From the NCBI GenBank assembly GCA_030265395.1, contig JARFYF010000054.1, positions 22,368,168 to 22,427,623 on the forward strand: a stretch of DNA of 59,456 bases, read 5' to 3'. Under the pieces are notes generated by a model. That model made no database searches and had not been told where the DNA came from. It saw nothing but the letters and a program-made list of their open reading frames with translations. This DNA comes from Rhina ancylostomus (taxonomy: Eukaryota). This document shows, one piece after another, positions 12,745 through 25,999 of this stretch (positions within the stretch are counted from its first letter, which is position 1; each line of letters opens with the position of its first letter). Both the position numbers and the translations under genes were made by a program.

Positions 12745-13380
12745 AAAAAAAGAGGATGCTTTAAATCTGAAATAAAAATATGAAGTGCAGGAAATACTTT
12801 GCAGATCAGGCAGTGTTAGTGGAGAGAGAAGCACAATTGACATTCCAGCTCAACGATCCTTCATAATAACTGCAAAAAGGAGAAAAATAAATGGGTTTTG
12901 TGGGGGAGAGATGGATAATACAAAGGGAATGTTGGTGATAGGGTAGAGACCAAAGTTGTCAAGGGAGTGCAATATTTTCTGTGTAGCGTAGTTAATAAGT
13001 GAATGAGGGCTGTTGGAGATGGAGAAAAAAATCTGAAGAACATGCTTGAACTCTGAGATACTGAGGCAGAAATGCAGCAGTGGCTGGAAATAAAAGAGAG
13101 AATCCTGGGAAAAAGCAGCAAATCAGGCAGCGCCTGTAGAGCACGAAAAGCAGTGAATGTTGCTCGCTACTTCCAACACAGAGATCAAAGGCTGGTCATC
13201 TGATATCGTTGAATTTAACATTGGGTCTCGAAGGTTACAACACATCCACACACTCACTGTGTTCTGACGTTTGGCTCCTTGATGGCCTCAACAGCAACAT
13301 GCAGCACGGAGTCCATTCATTTCAACAGAGGGGAATGGAGTGCACAGTGAGTTCATTCACTTCAGTGGAGGGGAATAAAT
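12745..13380 (-). mobile_element. Old Penelope-like element 3' remnant with terminal repeat copies
   Basis: Terminal repeat at 12750-12870 and again at about 13080-13160. gttgaatttaacattgggtctcgaaggttaca resembles the GIY-YIG C-terminal segment at 51240-51290. Confidence 0.55.
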
Positions 13381-13721
13381 GCATGGAATCTACTTATTAT
13401 TGTGATATTTGCATTTGTTGAATTATTTAACTTTATTTTTTTAATTGTTTAAAAATGTTCTTTAGTGTTTTATTTTCATTTGTTTGTGCTAAATCTTCAA
13501 CTTTTAAATTGATTCATTGTTTTTTTTTAATGGATTTTGAATTTCGGGGACATTAAGAAATGTTAGTCATCATGGACAGCTAGTTTAGCCAGCCATTCCT
13601 CGTATGCCTTCATATCGTACAACATGTGACCATTGCAAAGGATCTCATTGTTTAACATTGGGACCGTTACACGTAGCAGCAAATTCATAAAGGTTTGATT
13701 TTTCATGCAGTCATTCGTGAA

Positions 13722-13854
13722 AAACAAACTGCTGGAGTAACTCAGTGGGTCAGGCAGCATCTGTGGAGAGAAATGGACAGTCAGTGTTTCAGATTGAGAT
13801 CCTTCATCTGTTTGTGACTCCAGGTTCCAGCATCTGCAGTCTCTTGTGTCTCTG
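13722..13854. mobile_element. Short Penelope-derived element with a decayed hammerhead motif and probable TSD
   Basis: Flanked by gtcattcgtgaa (13710-13721) and gtcaatagtgaa (13855-13866), 10/12 identical. The minus strand reads CAGATGA-AGGATCTCAATCT-GAAACACT-GACTG. Confidence 0.7.
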
Positions 13855-14839
13855 GTCAATAGTGAATATGGACAGCTCATCACTGGCACTGAGTCATGGC
13901 ACCCTTGTTCCTTATTTTCTTTCAGTGGTATCTTAAACATTCACAATGCTTTGCATTCTTTCTTAAAATATTCTGGGCCTAATCTCTTCATCTTGCAGAT
14001 AGTATATCATTATCATGAGCATTTTGTTTTAGTGTTAACTTTATGATCTCTGCAATTGATGAAACAGTTGGTTGTGTTAAAATAATACAAACTGTTCATT
14101 GCAATTCCAGCATAAAATTCCTTGAGATTTATTTTCTCCACCTATCATGATCCCATTGCTTTTTGGTGATGCCTGTTCCCAAAAGCATGTATGAACTTAA
14201 GAAATACATGAACTCGAACTTCTTGCCTCATCCTCCTGTTCCAGAGGTTTCTTTCTTCTGTTGGTTGTCACTGCTCTTGCAGGTCATGTAAATTCTTTGA
14301 GTGTGTCTTCAGGCTTTATTTTGTTTTAATAATAAATCTATTCTGTTTGCCCTGTGCCAGGCAGATCTTGGAAGAACAGTAAATTATGCAGACACACCAG
14401 GGATCATGCGAGCTATTGTTCGGCATTGTATCTGTACACAGCACACACTGACAGTGTACTTTATCAGCAGTGCAGAGCTGGTAAATATCTCACTGACTAG
14501 TTATTAAATACATTTTCAATGAATGTCAAGCTCTTAAATTAGATGACCACTTCAAAAAGGATAAAGTGGCATGCTTTTTATTGTAAAACTTATTCACCCC
14601 CATCATGAGGGCATTTGCCGAGGACAGTTTTATGAAACTCAAACTCATCACTAGAAATGGTATGAAGACATCCACTTGTGAGCCATCTGTGACAGTCTTC
14701 CTCTCATATTTATTAAGTAGGAAAGAACCACTTAACTGATAAATGGTTAAAAGATTTGGTCAAAATAGCTGCACCATGATAATATCTGTAGCCCTAAGGA
14801 TATTCTTAATGAGCAGTGGCTCCAAAGGGAAGAAAGGCA

Positions 14840-14995
14840 CCATTTTATTTATATAGCAGTTTTCATTGCCCCTGCATGTCCCCAAGTGCTCAAAAGCAAG
14901 TCAAGCACTTTAAATGCAATTGCCATTGTAACATAGAAAACAGGGCAGCCAGATTTTTGCACAGCAAGTTCCTACAATTAGCATTGTAATAAACA
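14840..14995 (-). mobile_element. DeuSINE-like 3' portion
   Basis: atttatatagc...ggcagccagatttttgcacagcaagttcctacaattagcattg is the reverse complement of the Deu domain/tail seen at 58020-58130. Confidence 0.6.
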
Positions 14996-15971
14996 TTGGC
15001 CTGGGAGAAAAATGTTCTGTAGTAATTGGGTGGGGACTTGTATCTTTCTGGCTTGTGCAGTAAATGCTGCCTTACTGGTNNNNNNNNNNNNNNNNNNNNN
15101 NNNNNNNNNNNNNNNNNNNNNNNNNNNNNNNNNNNNNNNNNNNNNNNNNNNNNNNNNNNNNNNNNNNNNNNNNNNNNNNACTGGTGGAGGAGAATGAAAC
15201 GTGTGTATTCATCCAAGTGGAATCTGAATCAGGGGAATTCTGTAAGATGGGTGTTGTCCAGTTCGCCCAATCCCTTAGGCTGTGACCCCTTCACAGACCC
15301 TGTAAGGCCAATTTTTTTACCCTGATTTATTTTTCCAAAATTATTGCTGAAGAGAAAATGAATCCATGACTCTCAGTTCCCTGTAAATACGATGTCCACA
15401 ACATACCGACTGAAAGCTGCAATCTCCTCAACAACTGGTTTTCCTTCATAATTTTGTATCGATAGATAGAGCTTGGCTCTCCCATTCATTTTGATTTTTG
15501 TTAACTTATATGCTCAGGGTGTTTGCATAGGTTCATTCAGCCTTCCAGATGTTACCTACCTGTTAAGTCATTGGGCTAGACAGGCACTGAATCCTGAAAT
15601 AAAAATTAAAACAATGAACATTGCATATGCCAAAAGTATAAACAGTTTAAAATAAACGGAAGAAATTTAGCTCCCTGATTAACAGTGAAGCTGATGGCAA
15701 TTCCCCTGTTTATATCTGCATGGTGCAGCAATCTCAGACAAGTGAATTTCCAAAGCTGGTGCACCCGGTCACCCAGGTAGTTTCTCGCAGTCTAGATCTT
15801 CTGATTCAAAGCTCCTGGATCTATTTCATAACTCCTGGTTTATACCTCTGTAATTTGGTGGAGATTTGGGACTTATGAGTAGAGGTACACATGTGAACTT
15901 CCACAGAGCTGATCAATGGTCTCAGGACTCCTATCCCTCTCATTCTCCTCAACCCACCACCTATTTTAAAG

Positions 15972-16062
15972 CAACAAACAATCTGCTGGAGGAACTCAGC
16001 AGGTCAAGCAGCATCTGCAGGGGTGGAGGGAGGAATGGTCGACGATCCAGATTGAAACCCTG
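15972..16062 (-). mobile_element. Short Penelope-derived terminal repeat with TSD
   Basis: caacaaacaatctgctggaggaactcagcaggtcaagcagcatctg, flanked by cctattttaaag (15960-15971) and cctattttagag (16063-16074). Confidence 0.75.
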
Positions 16063-17499
16063 CCTATTTTAGAGGCTGGATTTAGGGAAGTGTTTTAGGA
16101 GGAAATTATGTGGAAAATTCAGCTCCTCCTGCCCTCCTTGATTTCAATAAGTGCTTGTGCTACTTGACTGCATTTAAGGTGTAACATTACTTCAAATGGG
16201 ACCATTTTCCTGAGCTCAGTACTCCATTTGTTTTTAGTCAGTGGAAGGAAATAAAATGCAGCCGATTATGTCTTTAATTCTTTGTGTGCTAGGCAGCTTT
16301 ATTTGATTTAAGAGATACATATTTGATTTCCATTGTTCGTTGTCACGTTTGGTGGTGATGGAAAGTATATTTTGAAGAGGATTATGATAGCTGTTCAGCT
16401 TAATTGAGCTAATCCAGAGAATGAGTGCAAACTGAAGAGGAGAAGATATCTTACAAGATGCTGTTAATGTTTCTTACTGAAGTATTTTTACTACTAGGTA
16501 CTGGAAATATCAGTATTTTTTTATTTTCTGACTGCAGATGAATATTCTGAGTAACTAGTATGTTTGTGGCTGCTGTTTGTTACTTTAATAAATCTATCCT
16601 GTGGTTTGCAGCCTAATCATGGTCGATTGTGTTCTACTATATTAAGTTGAGAAAATATCAAGAGAGCTTGTAATGTCTCCTGTAAATTAAATTTAAGCAT
16701 CGTTGTTAGTACGTTGGACAGACTACATAATAAACTATCAGACAAATAACAAGTCACTCCAGTTTTTGGGAAGTTAAACTCCCTTACAGGACCGGTGTTT
16801 GCCACAGAGCACAAAAGAAATATTTGAGTCAAACCCAAAATATAACACCTGTCTCCAGTTAATGAGGATAGTCTGGTTCGTTAAATCAAAACTGGTCATT
16901 AGTGAGTGATTTATAGCAGCTGATTTTAGACAGTTTGTTCCAATAGTATTCTGCATCAGATTTTCAGCCCGAGAACTGACTTGCAAGGCCACATTGACAC
17001 AGATGAGTGGAGACAGAGAACTAACTGAGGTTCAGTACCTGAAGGAAGCAGATTGCTTCACTTTCCCATGTAATTCAGACAAGTTGAATCCTGGTGTGCA
17101 GCTGTTCATCATTAGTCTTGTTTATATGAAGGCTTTAATTCCACTTCCATCCCTATTAAGCTTTATTTAGCTTAATAAGAACTGTGCAAAATGGTATTTA
17201 GTCCTAATTAACATCAAATTCAAATCCTACTTTCCCTGAAGTTGGAGTAATTCTTTTAACCCGTTTGGTACCTGTTAGGGCGATTTGGCTCTTTGTCATT
17301 ACTTGTCCCCCAAATTTCAAAATGTTTCAGCTGTGCTATGTAGGCACACTCCTTGTTCACTTTTGTGGAAACTAAGCTTGTTCAAACACCAGTGAGATGA
17401 ACAATGGCAAAGGCTTTATTTGGTAATCTTGCTAGAGAGGATTATGGTTGGGGCTGTAGGCAACATTCACTCTTCTTCATGTAGTCTACCCTGCCTCTG

Positions 17500-18090
17500 A
17501 ACCTGAGGTGAAATTCAAATCACATTTTCCACTCTCTTCACCCAGCTTGACCACTGTCTCTATTGATTTTCTGCTGAAATATTTATCCATACCATTGTAA
17601 GTTCACATGATTATTCCAGTGCACTCTACAAAGTCTCCCACATTCTGCCCTCTGTAAGCCTGAGGCCACTGAGAGTCATTGTCCTTGTGGTAACTCACAC
17701 TATCCTATGTGCCCATCACTCTTGTGCTAATTGATCTACATTAACTTCAATGAAGCAACGCCATGATTTTAAAGTTCTCATCCTTATTCCTGAACTCCTC
17801 TTTGTCCCTCCCTTTTCTGTCATGTTCTTCATTCCTCCAACCCTTTGATATACATGTACAGTTTTTATGCTTTGGAAAGTCACTCCAATCTCCTCCTCCT
17901 CCTCCCCCCCCCACACCCATCAAATCTCTTTGCATTTCTTTCTCCCTGTAAGACAAAGTTAAAACCTTCCTCTTTAATCAAGGTTTTGATCACCTGCTTC
18001 TTGTCAGGAGTTTTTGATTGATAGTGTTCCTGTGAAGGGCCTTGGCATATTTTGCTGTGTTAAAGGTGATGCATCAGTGCAGGTTAGTTG
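17500..18090 (+). mobile_element. Decayed L2-type LINE 3' region
   Basis: cctatgtgcccatcactcttgtgct, tttaaagttctcatcctta and aaaaccttcctctttaatcaaggttttg are typical L2 3' motifs. Confidence 0.55.
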
Positions 18091-21009
18091 TTCAACAAAG
18101 TGTACCATGGTGCTGAAATCACAAGACATAATGGTGCTAATACACAGCTCGCCCAAACATCTGAAACTCTGTTGTCCGTATCCAAACTCGCACCACCTTT
18201 CTGTGACCTGTATTGGTTCCCATTGTCCAAATGCATCCTTTTGGAGTTTACCCTTCAACCTTTCCAGCGGTTCTGCATGCCTTAAACCAAGATTTTAGAT
18301 CGTCAATCTTGATCTTTTCTCTTTAGCTTCAAGTCAATTTTCCCTTGGATTATCCTCCTCTGAGGCACCTTTAGACAATTCTCGACATGAAATATGTTCT
18401 CTAAGGTGCCAGTTGTTGTTGTTATGCTGAGGCAATCTAGACATAATGGTTAACTCCTGTGTCAGGTAGTTTTCACTCAGTGGTAGCTGGATCTGAACAT
18501 TTCTGTTCAGGGGCAATCTGCTCTGTTTAAAGTGCAAGCAGTCAGTTCCTTTGCTGCCAAGGGTCAACTCTGCTTTCAGGCCAGTGGTTTCTCAGATTCT
18601 ATGCATGCTGTTTGCTTTATACTTATTGAAGGATGGAACTAAATGAGAAGCTGAAAAACATCACCTTTGGTGGTGCTTAATAGTATGAAAGACTTAAAAG
18701 TCTTATTTGGTGGCTTTGAAACACTAGCTTCAGAACATTATCCACTCTATCAGTCCAGGTACAGTTTGTAAATAGGCTTTTATTTACAATGACCGTATTA
18801 GATGGAATTTATAACACAGAAACTTTGAAGTTTTTGGGAGGCAAAATAATGACAGAGAGCTACATCTCCCTGACAGGTAATAAAGAGGTTAAAATAAAAT
18901 AATTTCTTTAACTTCAGGGAAAGTAGGATTTGAATTTGATGTTAATTAGAACTAAGTACCATTTTGGCCCAACTAATTTATGTTCATGCTCCACACGAAC
19001 TCCACCCACCCTACTTGTCTAACCTTCTCAACATGTCCTTCTTTTCCTTTCTCCCGATATATTATCCAGCATCCCATTAAATGTGGCTATGTTGTTTTCT
19101 TCAACAAACTGCCACATAAAGAAATTTCTCTTCAGTTCCTTATTGAATTTATTAGTGGATGTTTAAAGTCTTGAATGCAATAACTTCTGAGTGGATTATG
19201 GTAATTATCACCTTGACCATCTTGTTGAGGATATCAAATAAATTGAAATTAATTAGTTGAAGAGGAGAAGTTGCTGAAGGTTAGCATGGTTTTCTAATTT
19301 TTAGGCAGGGTGAGGAGGTCGTGGTGTTGGATTGGATCATGTGCAGCAAATGACAGTGTGATTGTTAATTAGCCAATGATGAGTATCCCCTTCAAAAGGA
19401 TTTTGAAAGCAGCTTGAGTACTCCCAAGCTGGAATTTCTTGAAATTGAGGCATTTTTTTACATTGCTAATAATTGTGAAACATTCAGGAAATCTGGCAGA
19501 TTGCATTAAATTAGTGGTTGGAAAACTTATAGGCATTTTGGAAATAGTGGAGGTCTAAAACAGTGAAAGTCTGAATGGTGAATTCTAAAACATGGGTTTT
19601 TCAGAGTTGTAAGTTACCTTGTCATTGACTGGACTTGATCTTGCTCCTAGAATGTGATCAAAATCTTTTTTTTAAACCGTTCCACTAGTTAGAGTTGTTT
19701 AGATGGGTAACAAAACAGTGGCAAACTAATTGCCAAAATTGCAAGTATTGTAGAAAGCTGAAAAATCTCTCCCTCAAGTGGCCTGTCTCGGTACTTAATG
19801 AGAATGTTTTCTCTATAGGGCCGTGTGCTCTCTCGTAATGCTGCCTATTTGTAGAATGGACATCTTGTTCCACAAAGGCCCAGGGGAATTGCAAACGGAT
19901 CAGTTGAGCTCACANNNNNNNNNNNNNNNNNNNNNNNNNNNNNNNNNNNNNNNNNNNNNNNNNNNNNNNNNNNNNNNNNNNNNNNNNNNNNNNNNNNNNN
20001 NNNNNNNNNNNNNNGCAAATGTAATGGAAAAATCTATATAATAAAACGGACTATTGGGCTGCTACACTCAATTCAGGGCACTGGCCTTATGAAAAACATA
20101 CTTGATAAGCTTTCTTTGAATTTGAGATGTGAGATAAACCTGTTTGGCCTTTCTGTTATTGTGATATGGGCAGGCCTTACATTACAGGGTCATTTTTTTT
20201 TGTTCCCAGCAGTAGCAAGCTGCTAGCTTGTCTCTCTGCAGTAGAGGGAGACTCAGTAGAGATATACAGCTGACATCCCAGATGAAAGCTGGCAGGAAAT
20301 GACAGTGAAAAATTGGGCATTTAAGAGGCCACTGTCAGGAACGCAGCAAAAGGGCCCTCTGCAGAGCATAAGAAGATTGGAAGGGAAATGCAGCTTAAGA
20401 ATGAGAGAGAATTCCCAGGGACAGGAGAGGACCAAGGATTTCCATTGTGACTGGAAGACTATCACCTGGCCCACAAGCACAATTGCAAAATAAATAATAA
20501 CTTGCTCTATTTTGGACACCTAGTAGTCTTGAATCCAGATTACAATTGTAGTCTGGTGGTGAGAATATTAAGAGTTCAGATTAAAATTGCAGCCGTACAC
20601 TTATGATATTGTCAGAATCTTGGCTGACTGTTTGAAGAGTGACTCCACAGACAACAGTGGCTTAGATTCTTGCAGTTTCTGGTAACGTGGAGTGGGGGGA
20701 TTTAAAATTAACTCTCACTCTATTTCAAACGAGGTGTTTGTATTGATGTTGACATTGATTTTGAAAGGTGAAGCTTAATTTCTTATTTGCAAGGAGGGAA
20801 ATGGAGATTAGGAAACGATTTCATGTGGTAATATGCCTTCAAACCTCTACTTTATTGTTTCTCATCTTTTCTCGTGCTGTAATCCAAGTAAACAAATCTG
20901 ATGCATTATTCTCCTGCATTAGAGCGATCGTTTCATGTTGATCAACTCTGTGCACATGGTACGAAAGTTAAATCTCTTGAAAACAAGCACTTATGAAATA
21001 TTTATGTAC

Positions 21010-21335
21010 AGGCTGTTACGAGTGACAGGAGGTCATGAAATTAAGTCCCACTTCACAACATGAGCATGTAATCTAAGATAATATTACTACTGCTGTCCTT
21101 GAGGAGTGATGTACTGTCAAAGGTGTGATATTTTGGATGTGATTCTGAACTGAGGCTCCATCTGCCTAATCGGATGGATGTAAGTGATTCCTTGGAACTA
21201 CCTGAAGAACAGGGTATACACCTGGTATTCTAGAAGACATTTATCCTGCAACCTGCATTATAGATGCATATGAGTAGCTCGTAGATCAAACTGCATTTTA
21301 TGATCTGGCACTGCCACTTTTCCTTACAATAATTT
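21010..21335 (+). mobile_element. DeuSINE-like element
   Basis: gaggagtgatgtactgtcaaaggtgtgatattttggatgtgattctgaactgaggctccatctgcc...ggatgtaagtgattccttgg resembles the Deu domain. Confidence 0.65.
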
Positions 21336-21504
21336 GTTGTTTTTGTGACTAGTCATTGAGTCATGCAGCACAGAAACAGGCACTTCTCCCCTCTATGCTC
21401 ATGCCAACTATTGTACTCATCTATAATAATCCCATTTACCTGTAGCCTTCTCTTTTACTGTATTTTTTCATGTTGCATGGAATATATGTAAACCTTGAAT
21501 ATAA

Positions 21505-21692
21505 AACAAACTACAAATGCTGAAAATCTAAAATAAAAACAGAAAATGCTGGAAATACTCAACAGGACAGGCTGCATCTGTGGGAAGGGAAAGAGAGTTC
21601 ATGGTTCAAGTTGAAGGTCTTTCATTAACTCTGACTCTCTGCCCACAGATGTGGCCTGACCTGTTTGAGTATTTCCAGCATTTTCTGTTTTT
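21505..21692. repeat. Palindromic Penelope-derived element (long hairpin)
   Basis: 21535-21562 is the exact reverse complement of 21665-21692 (28 bp). The stem continues with few mismatches to about 60 bp. Confidence 0.85.
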
Positions 21693-22794
21693 GTATGAAT
21701 GATTCTTTACTGAATGATCAAACAATTAATTATTGCTCAGCAACCCTCTCTGTTCCTTAAGATACAAATTTGCTGTGTTTGGATTTTACTTACTTTAGAT
21801 TATTTTAAAATAAAAAGGATTTAATGTTTTAAACAGTTTGTTTATGACATCCAAAATCTCAACTGCATTTGTCAATCTTTATTCTGTTCTCACTAAAAGT
21901 TGATTGAAAGGTTAATTTTAAAAATATGCTTTTTATACCCTGGTTTGTTGTCTGTTAAAATTCTTCACTATGATCTTAACGGTGGCTCAAAAGTCGTTTG
22001 TTAGTTTTGAAGCCTTTTTGGCTGTCCTGAGGAGGTGGTAGTCGCTATTAAAATGCACATTTTGCAATGTATAAGTTGTAGCACCTGCTGTTTCACACCA
22101 AACAGCTGGTGATAGAATGATACAAGGCTTTTAAAACCTAGCACGTGTGTGCCAAATAAAAAGGGCATTGTTCTTTGAACTCTTTAACCTACAGTGGTTC
22201 CCACTGGAATACATTGCTGAGGGCACAAAAGGTTATGTTGTTAGCATAACTGCATGTGCCTGGCACAGAACTGCTTTTTTTGTCTCTTGATGTGTCACGT
22301 GATTTTTATTGAGTTTCACTGTGACAGATGTTTTTTGAGCACTAGGACCAATGTCTTCACACTTCAGTGGTCCTATAGAAAAAAAAGCTATTGGTTTTGA
22401 GTTGCTTTGGTGCTGTTGAATGCAAACTGAAAATAGCAAGCACACTGAGGCTGAGGTTTCTCTTTCCTTTGGGGCCAAGACTAAATCCATCCCAAGGGGA
22501 TTTTGGTGTTAAATCCTCTTGCATTTCTGCCAGTTGAACAGAGCCTGAAGGGAAATGTGTCTGGACAATTTCAGTCTAGCTCCCAGTGGGTGTGCGTCCA
22601 TAACACAGCCTCTGTGCTCAATCCTTCACTAACGGAGCAACCTTATGCAGACAGCTCATAATAATATGCTTTGTGAGAAACAAAAATAACATTTCAAATT
22701 TAGTACTTTTGTGTAATTACAGTTCAGGGGATCTGGTGTGTCTGGAAAAATTTGGGTTGCTTGTGACTTGTGGCTGCACTTCGAAGTATAATTA

Positions 22795-22950
22795 TAGAAT
22801 CACACAGCACAGATATAGGCCTTTTTAGCCTACCTCGTCCATGCCAACCATGATGCCTACCTATGCTAATCCCATTTGCCTGCATTTGGTCCATATATCT
22901 CCATGCCTTTCTTAGCTAAGTAATGTCCAACTTCCTTTAAGCATTCTATG
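22795..22950 (-). mobile_element. HER1/CR1 3' tail
   Basis: cacagcacagatataggcc...gtccatgccaacc...cccatttgcctgcatttggtccata. Confidence 0.7.
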
Positions 22951-22959
22951 TCCACTGCC

Positions 22960-23285
22960 TGCCTCGATCAACTTCCATCTTCTTCAGCCCTTTGTCACTT
23001 CGACCTCTCACGTTCTGGCTTCTGACATTATTCCCACTCTCCTCCCTCATCTGCCTATCACCACCCCCACCTGGATCCACTTATCATCCAGCTCTTGCTC
23101 CACCCCTTCCCTGCACATTTTTTATACTGGCTGTCTCCCCTCTGTCTCTCCAGTCCAGATAAAAGGTTGTGACTCGAAATGTCGACTGCCCATTTCCCTC
23201 CATAGATGCTGCCTGACCCGCTGAGCTACTCCAGTGCTTTTTGTATTGCTCCAGGTTTCCAGCATCTGCAGTCTCTTGTGTCTCT
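22960..23285 (+). mobile_element. Penelope-like element 3' UTR/terminal repeat with a core-mutated hammerhead motif (23151-23188)
   Basis: Pyrimidine-rich PLE 3' region, then CAGTC-CAGATAA-AAGGTTGTGACTC-GAAATGTC-GACTG, ending gcagtctcttgtgtctct. Confidence 0.75.
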
Positions 23286-24886
23286 GTTATAATTGTATCG
23301 TTGTAATTGAATACAGTGTCAATTTTGGTATAAAAAGCATTGAACTGACTGAAATACAAAATGCAATTATCTTGAACAAGACCAGAATGATGGCAGTGGC
23401 CAGCATTCTCTTTAGGTTTTGGATTTTGAGCTCTTGCAGTCTTTTGCTGCAGCTGAAGTTATCTTGTACTTGGAGTGCTTCTTGGAATTGATGTTTATTT
23501 TTAAAGTAAGAATGCATTTGTCAGCTCTTGAATAAATTCTCAGCCACAGATTGTTTATTGGCTTGGTTCTGTGTACTGAGAAAGACTAGGTTCACTGAGT
23601 TGCAGGAAGGAGGCCATTCAAATCATTAAGTCTGTGATGGCTCTCCACAAGAGCAGGCCAAACGATCCCATTCCTCAGCTCTTTTCCTAGAGCCCTTGAT
23701 TTTTATTTTCCTCTTGGGTGTCCATCCAGTTCATGATGATTGCATTTCAGACAGTGAATTGAAACTGTGACTTCTCCGTCCTTTCCTGTTTTGGCCGAGG
23801 TTTTATAGTTTGGATAGAGTTCCCATTCAGGGTCATGCTGCCATGCCTTCGTAGAAAAGCCCATGTGTGGATCTTGGTAGAGTACAGGAAGAGGCTTGTC
23901 AGTGATGCACCCTCCCCAGGACAGTGTAGCTTGTCATCAGTAATTCCTGAATCAAGACATATGAGGACAAAATAATTGGTATCCATGATCCAGTTTTGTT
24001 CATTTGATCTCAGCGATTCTTTCTCAGTTTCTTGGGCCTTCATTGAACAAGATCCCCATTCAACAAATAGGTATCAGCCAACTCATAATAGTACAAACAA
24101 GACCATTCAGCCCATTTAGTCTAATACTATGGAGACTAAAGAGGTTGCCTCACAAAGAAAGCATTCTGATTGAGTACCTCATCAAGCCACATATGGCAGA
24201 GACTTTGTCTTTTGTGACACTTGTGTGATGTTAATTATTTCACTAATGTTTTATTACTCTCATAACCCAGTCAGTATGTCAGTACACTTAAGAAAAACTA
24301 CATTTCATTAATATCTTGCTAAAATGTGTTCTAGTATCTTTTTAAAAAGTAGATCGATTGTCTGGACAGATAAGTCATTTGCAATCTGATATATCTGAGA
24401 TTTTAGATTACAGGACTGCAAATAGTAAACATCTGGAATAAAGCAGGCTAGGAGAGAAAGCAAGAATTAAAAATATCTGAGCCAAGTACTGATTTAACCT
24501 GCTTATAGTTTGACCAAGATAAGAAACAAATGCTGTCAATTCCAAAGACAATAATTTTTGTTAACTACTTAATGTTACCACTCTTATGTATTGTTTCTGT
24601 GTTCTGTTGGTCTTCTAATGTTATTCTGTAATGTGCATTAGGAAAGATTTATTGATAATTTTATACCACAAGACCTGAATTTATAGAATTAGTTATTGAT
24701 TTGTAAATTTAAACAGCACTTTGTCCACTTGAATGATCTTCCATAATGATGCAATCCTTGCAATTCAATCAGATTGGTTTCTGCATGTTGAATAGTTAAA
24801 GTTATGAAATACTTGGTGAATGAAGTAAAAATATTGATATGATGGTAGTAAACAGTTTGATATATAGAATGCCTTTTTTATTGCAG

Positions 24887-25096
24887 AAAGACATCGCATT
24901 AAAACCCCATGAGCGCTTGGAGAAGCTTCAGAATCCCCTTGCAAAGAAAAAACGCAACGAACTGCAAAATGGCTTAAGTTTCCATGCCAACAAGAATAGG
25001 CACAGCTACCGCCATGGAAGTTCTGACAGGGAAAATGACCACAGCTTGAGTCACGGCCATGGAAAGCAGAAGCGCTTTCAGAAGAGGCACAGACAG
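24887..25096 (+). CDS. AUTS2: Internal coding exon (exon 2 equivalent) of an AUTS2-family gene (AUTS2/FBRSL1/FBRS); best match AUTS2
   Basis: Acceptor gccttttttattgcag (AG at 24885-24886) and donor CAG|gtagga at 25096/25097; 210 nt, phase 0/0. Translation [70 protein letters not shown] aligns end to end with recalled human AUTS2 exon 2 ([71 protein letters not shown]), with the same exon boundaries. KPHER is FBRSL1-like, so the paralog assignment is less certain than the family assignment. Confidence 0.88.
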
Positions 25097-25999
25097 GTAG
25101 GATAATATGGGACTCCCCCTAAATGAAGGTTTACCCCATTACATTTTGTTTTACTGATGTGGCATGTTCGTTCATCAACAGTTCCCTAAAATCAGAGTGA
25201 GCAGGTCATGCATAAAAGTAATTGGTGGGCACCCAAATATTTTCAGATCTGTCTTTCATGTTTTATGAACTTAGTTGTACTTTATCTCACATAATTTATC
25301 GTCCTATCTCAGAGTACAATGCAAACCCAATGTGTAATGTGAAATAATTCAGAAATCTCAATCTTGAAGTTGTATGATTGGCAAATGTGTGAGATGAAGA
25401 TGTGACTCTGCCTCAAATCCTGTGACAGGTTCGGCAGAACATCGACATTGGTTTTTATGCCCCAGCTTTCTAGCTAATCACCAGTACATGGTGTTTTTTT
25501 GAAAGGTGGCTACCAATTGAGCTGATGAGAGTAGTCCTTTAGCATTGGTGTCTGTAGTTGGTTATTCACAACACTGATATCATTAATTTTATTTGACTGC
25601 CAAGAAGTTGGGGAATTATTGGGGTGATGGGACTAATAGCCTGAATAGCTCTGACCCAAAATGGTTGACTGAATTTTACTTTAAAAAAAAGAAATTTCCA
25701 GGACTCAACTTAAAAATTTCAGTTTAGTTGAATTGGTCACAATTTCTTCATTGCAGGCCTTTGGCTCAAATCCTGAGATGTTCAGAGCCAGGCCATAAAC
25801 TGGAAGAATACCACCTTCTGTATAACTTCTAAAATCTCATGGATTAGAATGAGAAACTGCCTAACAGCACATAGTGACTAACATGAGTAGTCAACTTGCC
25901 GTGTGAGTGGAGATTCAGGAAGTGCAGTGACTTCAGAAAATTTGGAGAACACCTTCTCACAGAGCAAATCAGATTTGCCTGCATCACATTAGATTTCTT

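Noticed and set aside
10890-14290. Recursive splice sites (ttgcag|gt at about 10906 and about 14282)
   Set aside because: One has a weak pyrimidine tract and the other a weak donor; such sites are expected by chance.
18097-18117. REST/RE1 site
   Set aside because: Only the left half (TTCAGCACCATGG) matches; the GGACAGCGCC half is broken.
24839-24886. In-frame ATGs upstream of the exon, as a start codon
   Set aside because: Homology begins exactly at the acceptor (KDIAL). The upstream codons are the intronic branch/pyrimidine region.
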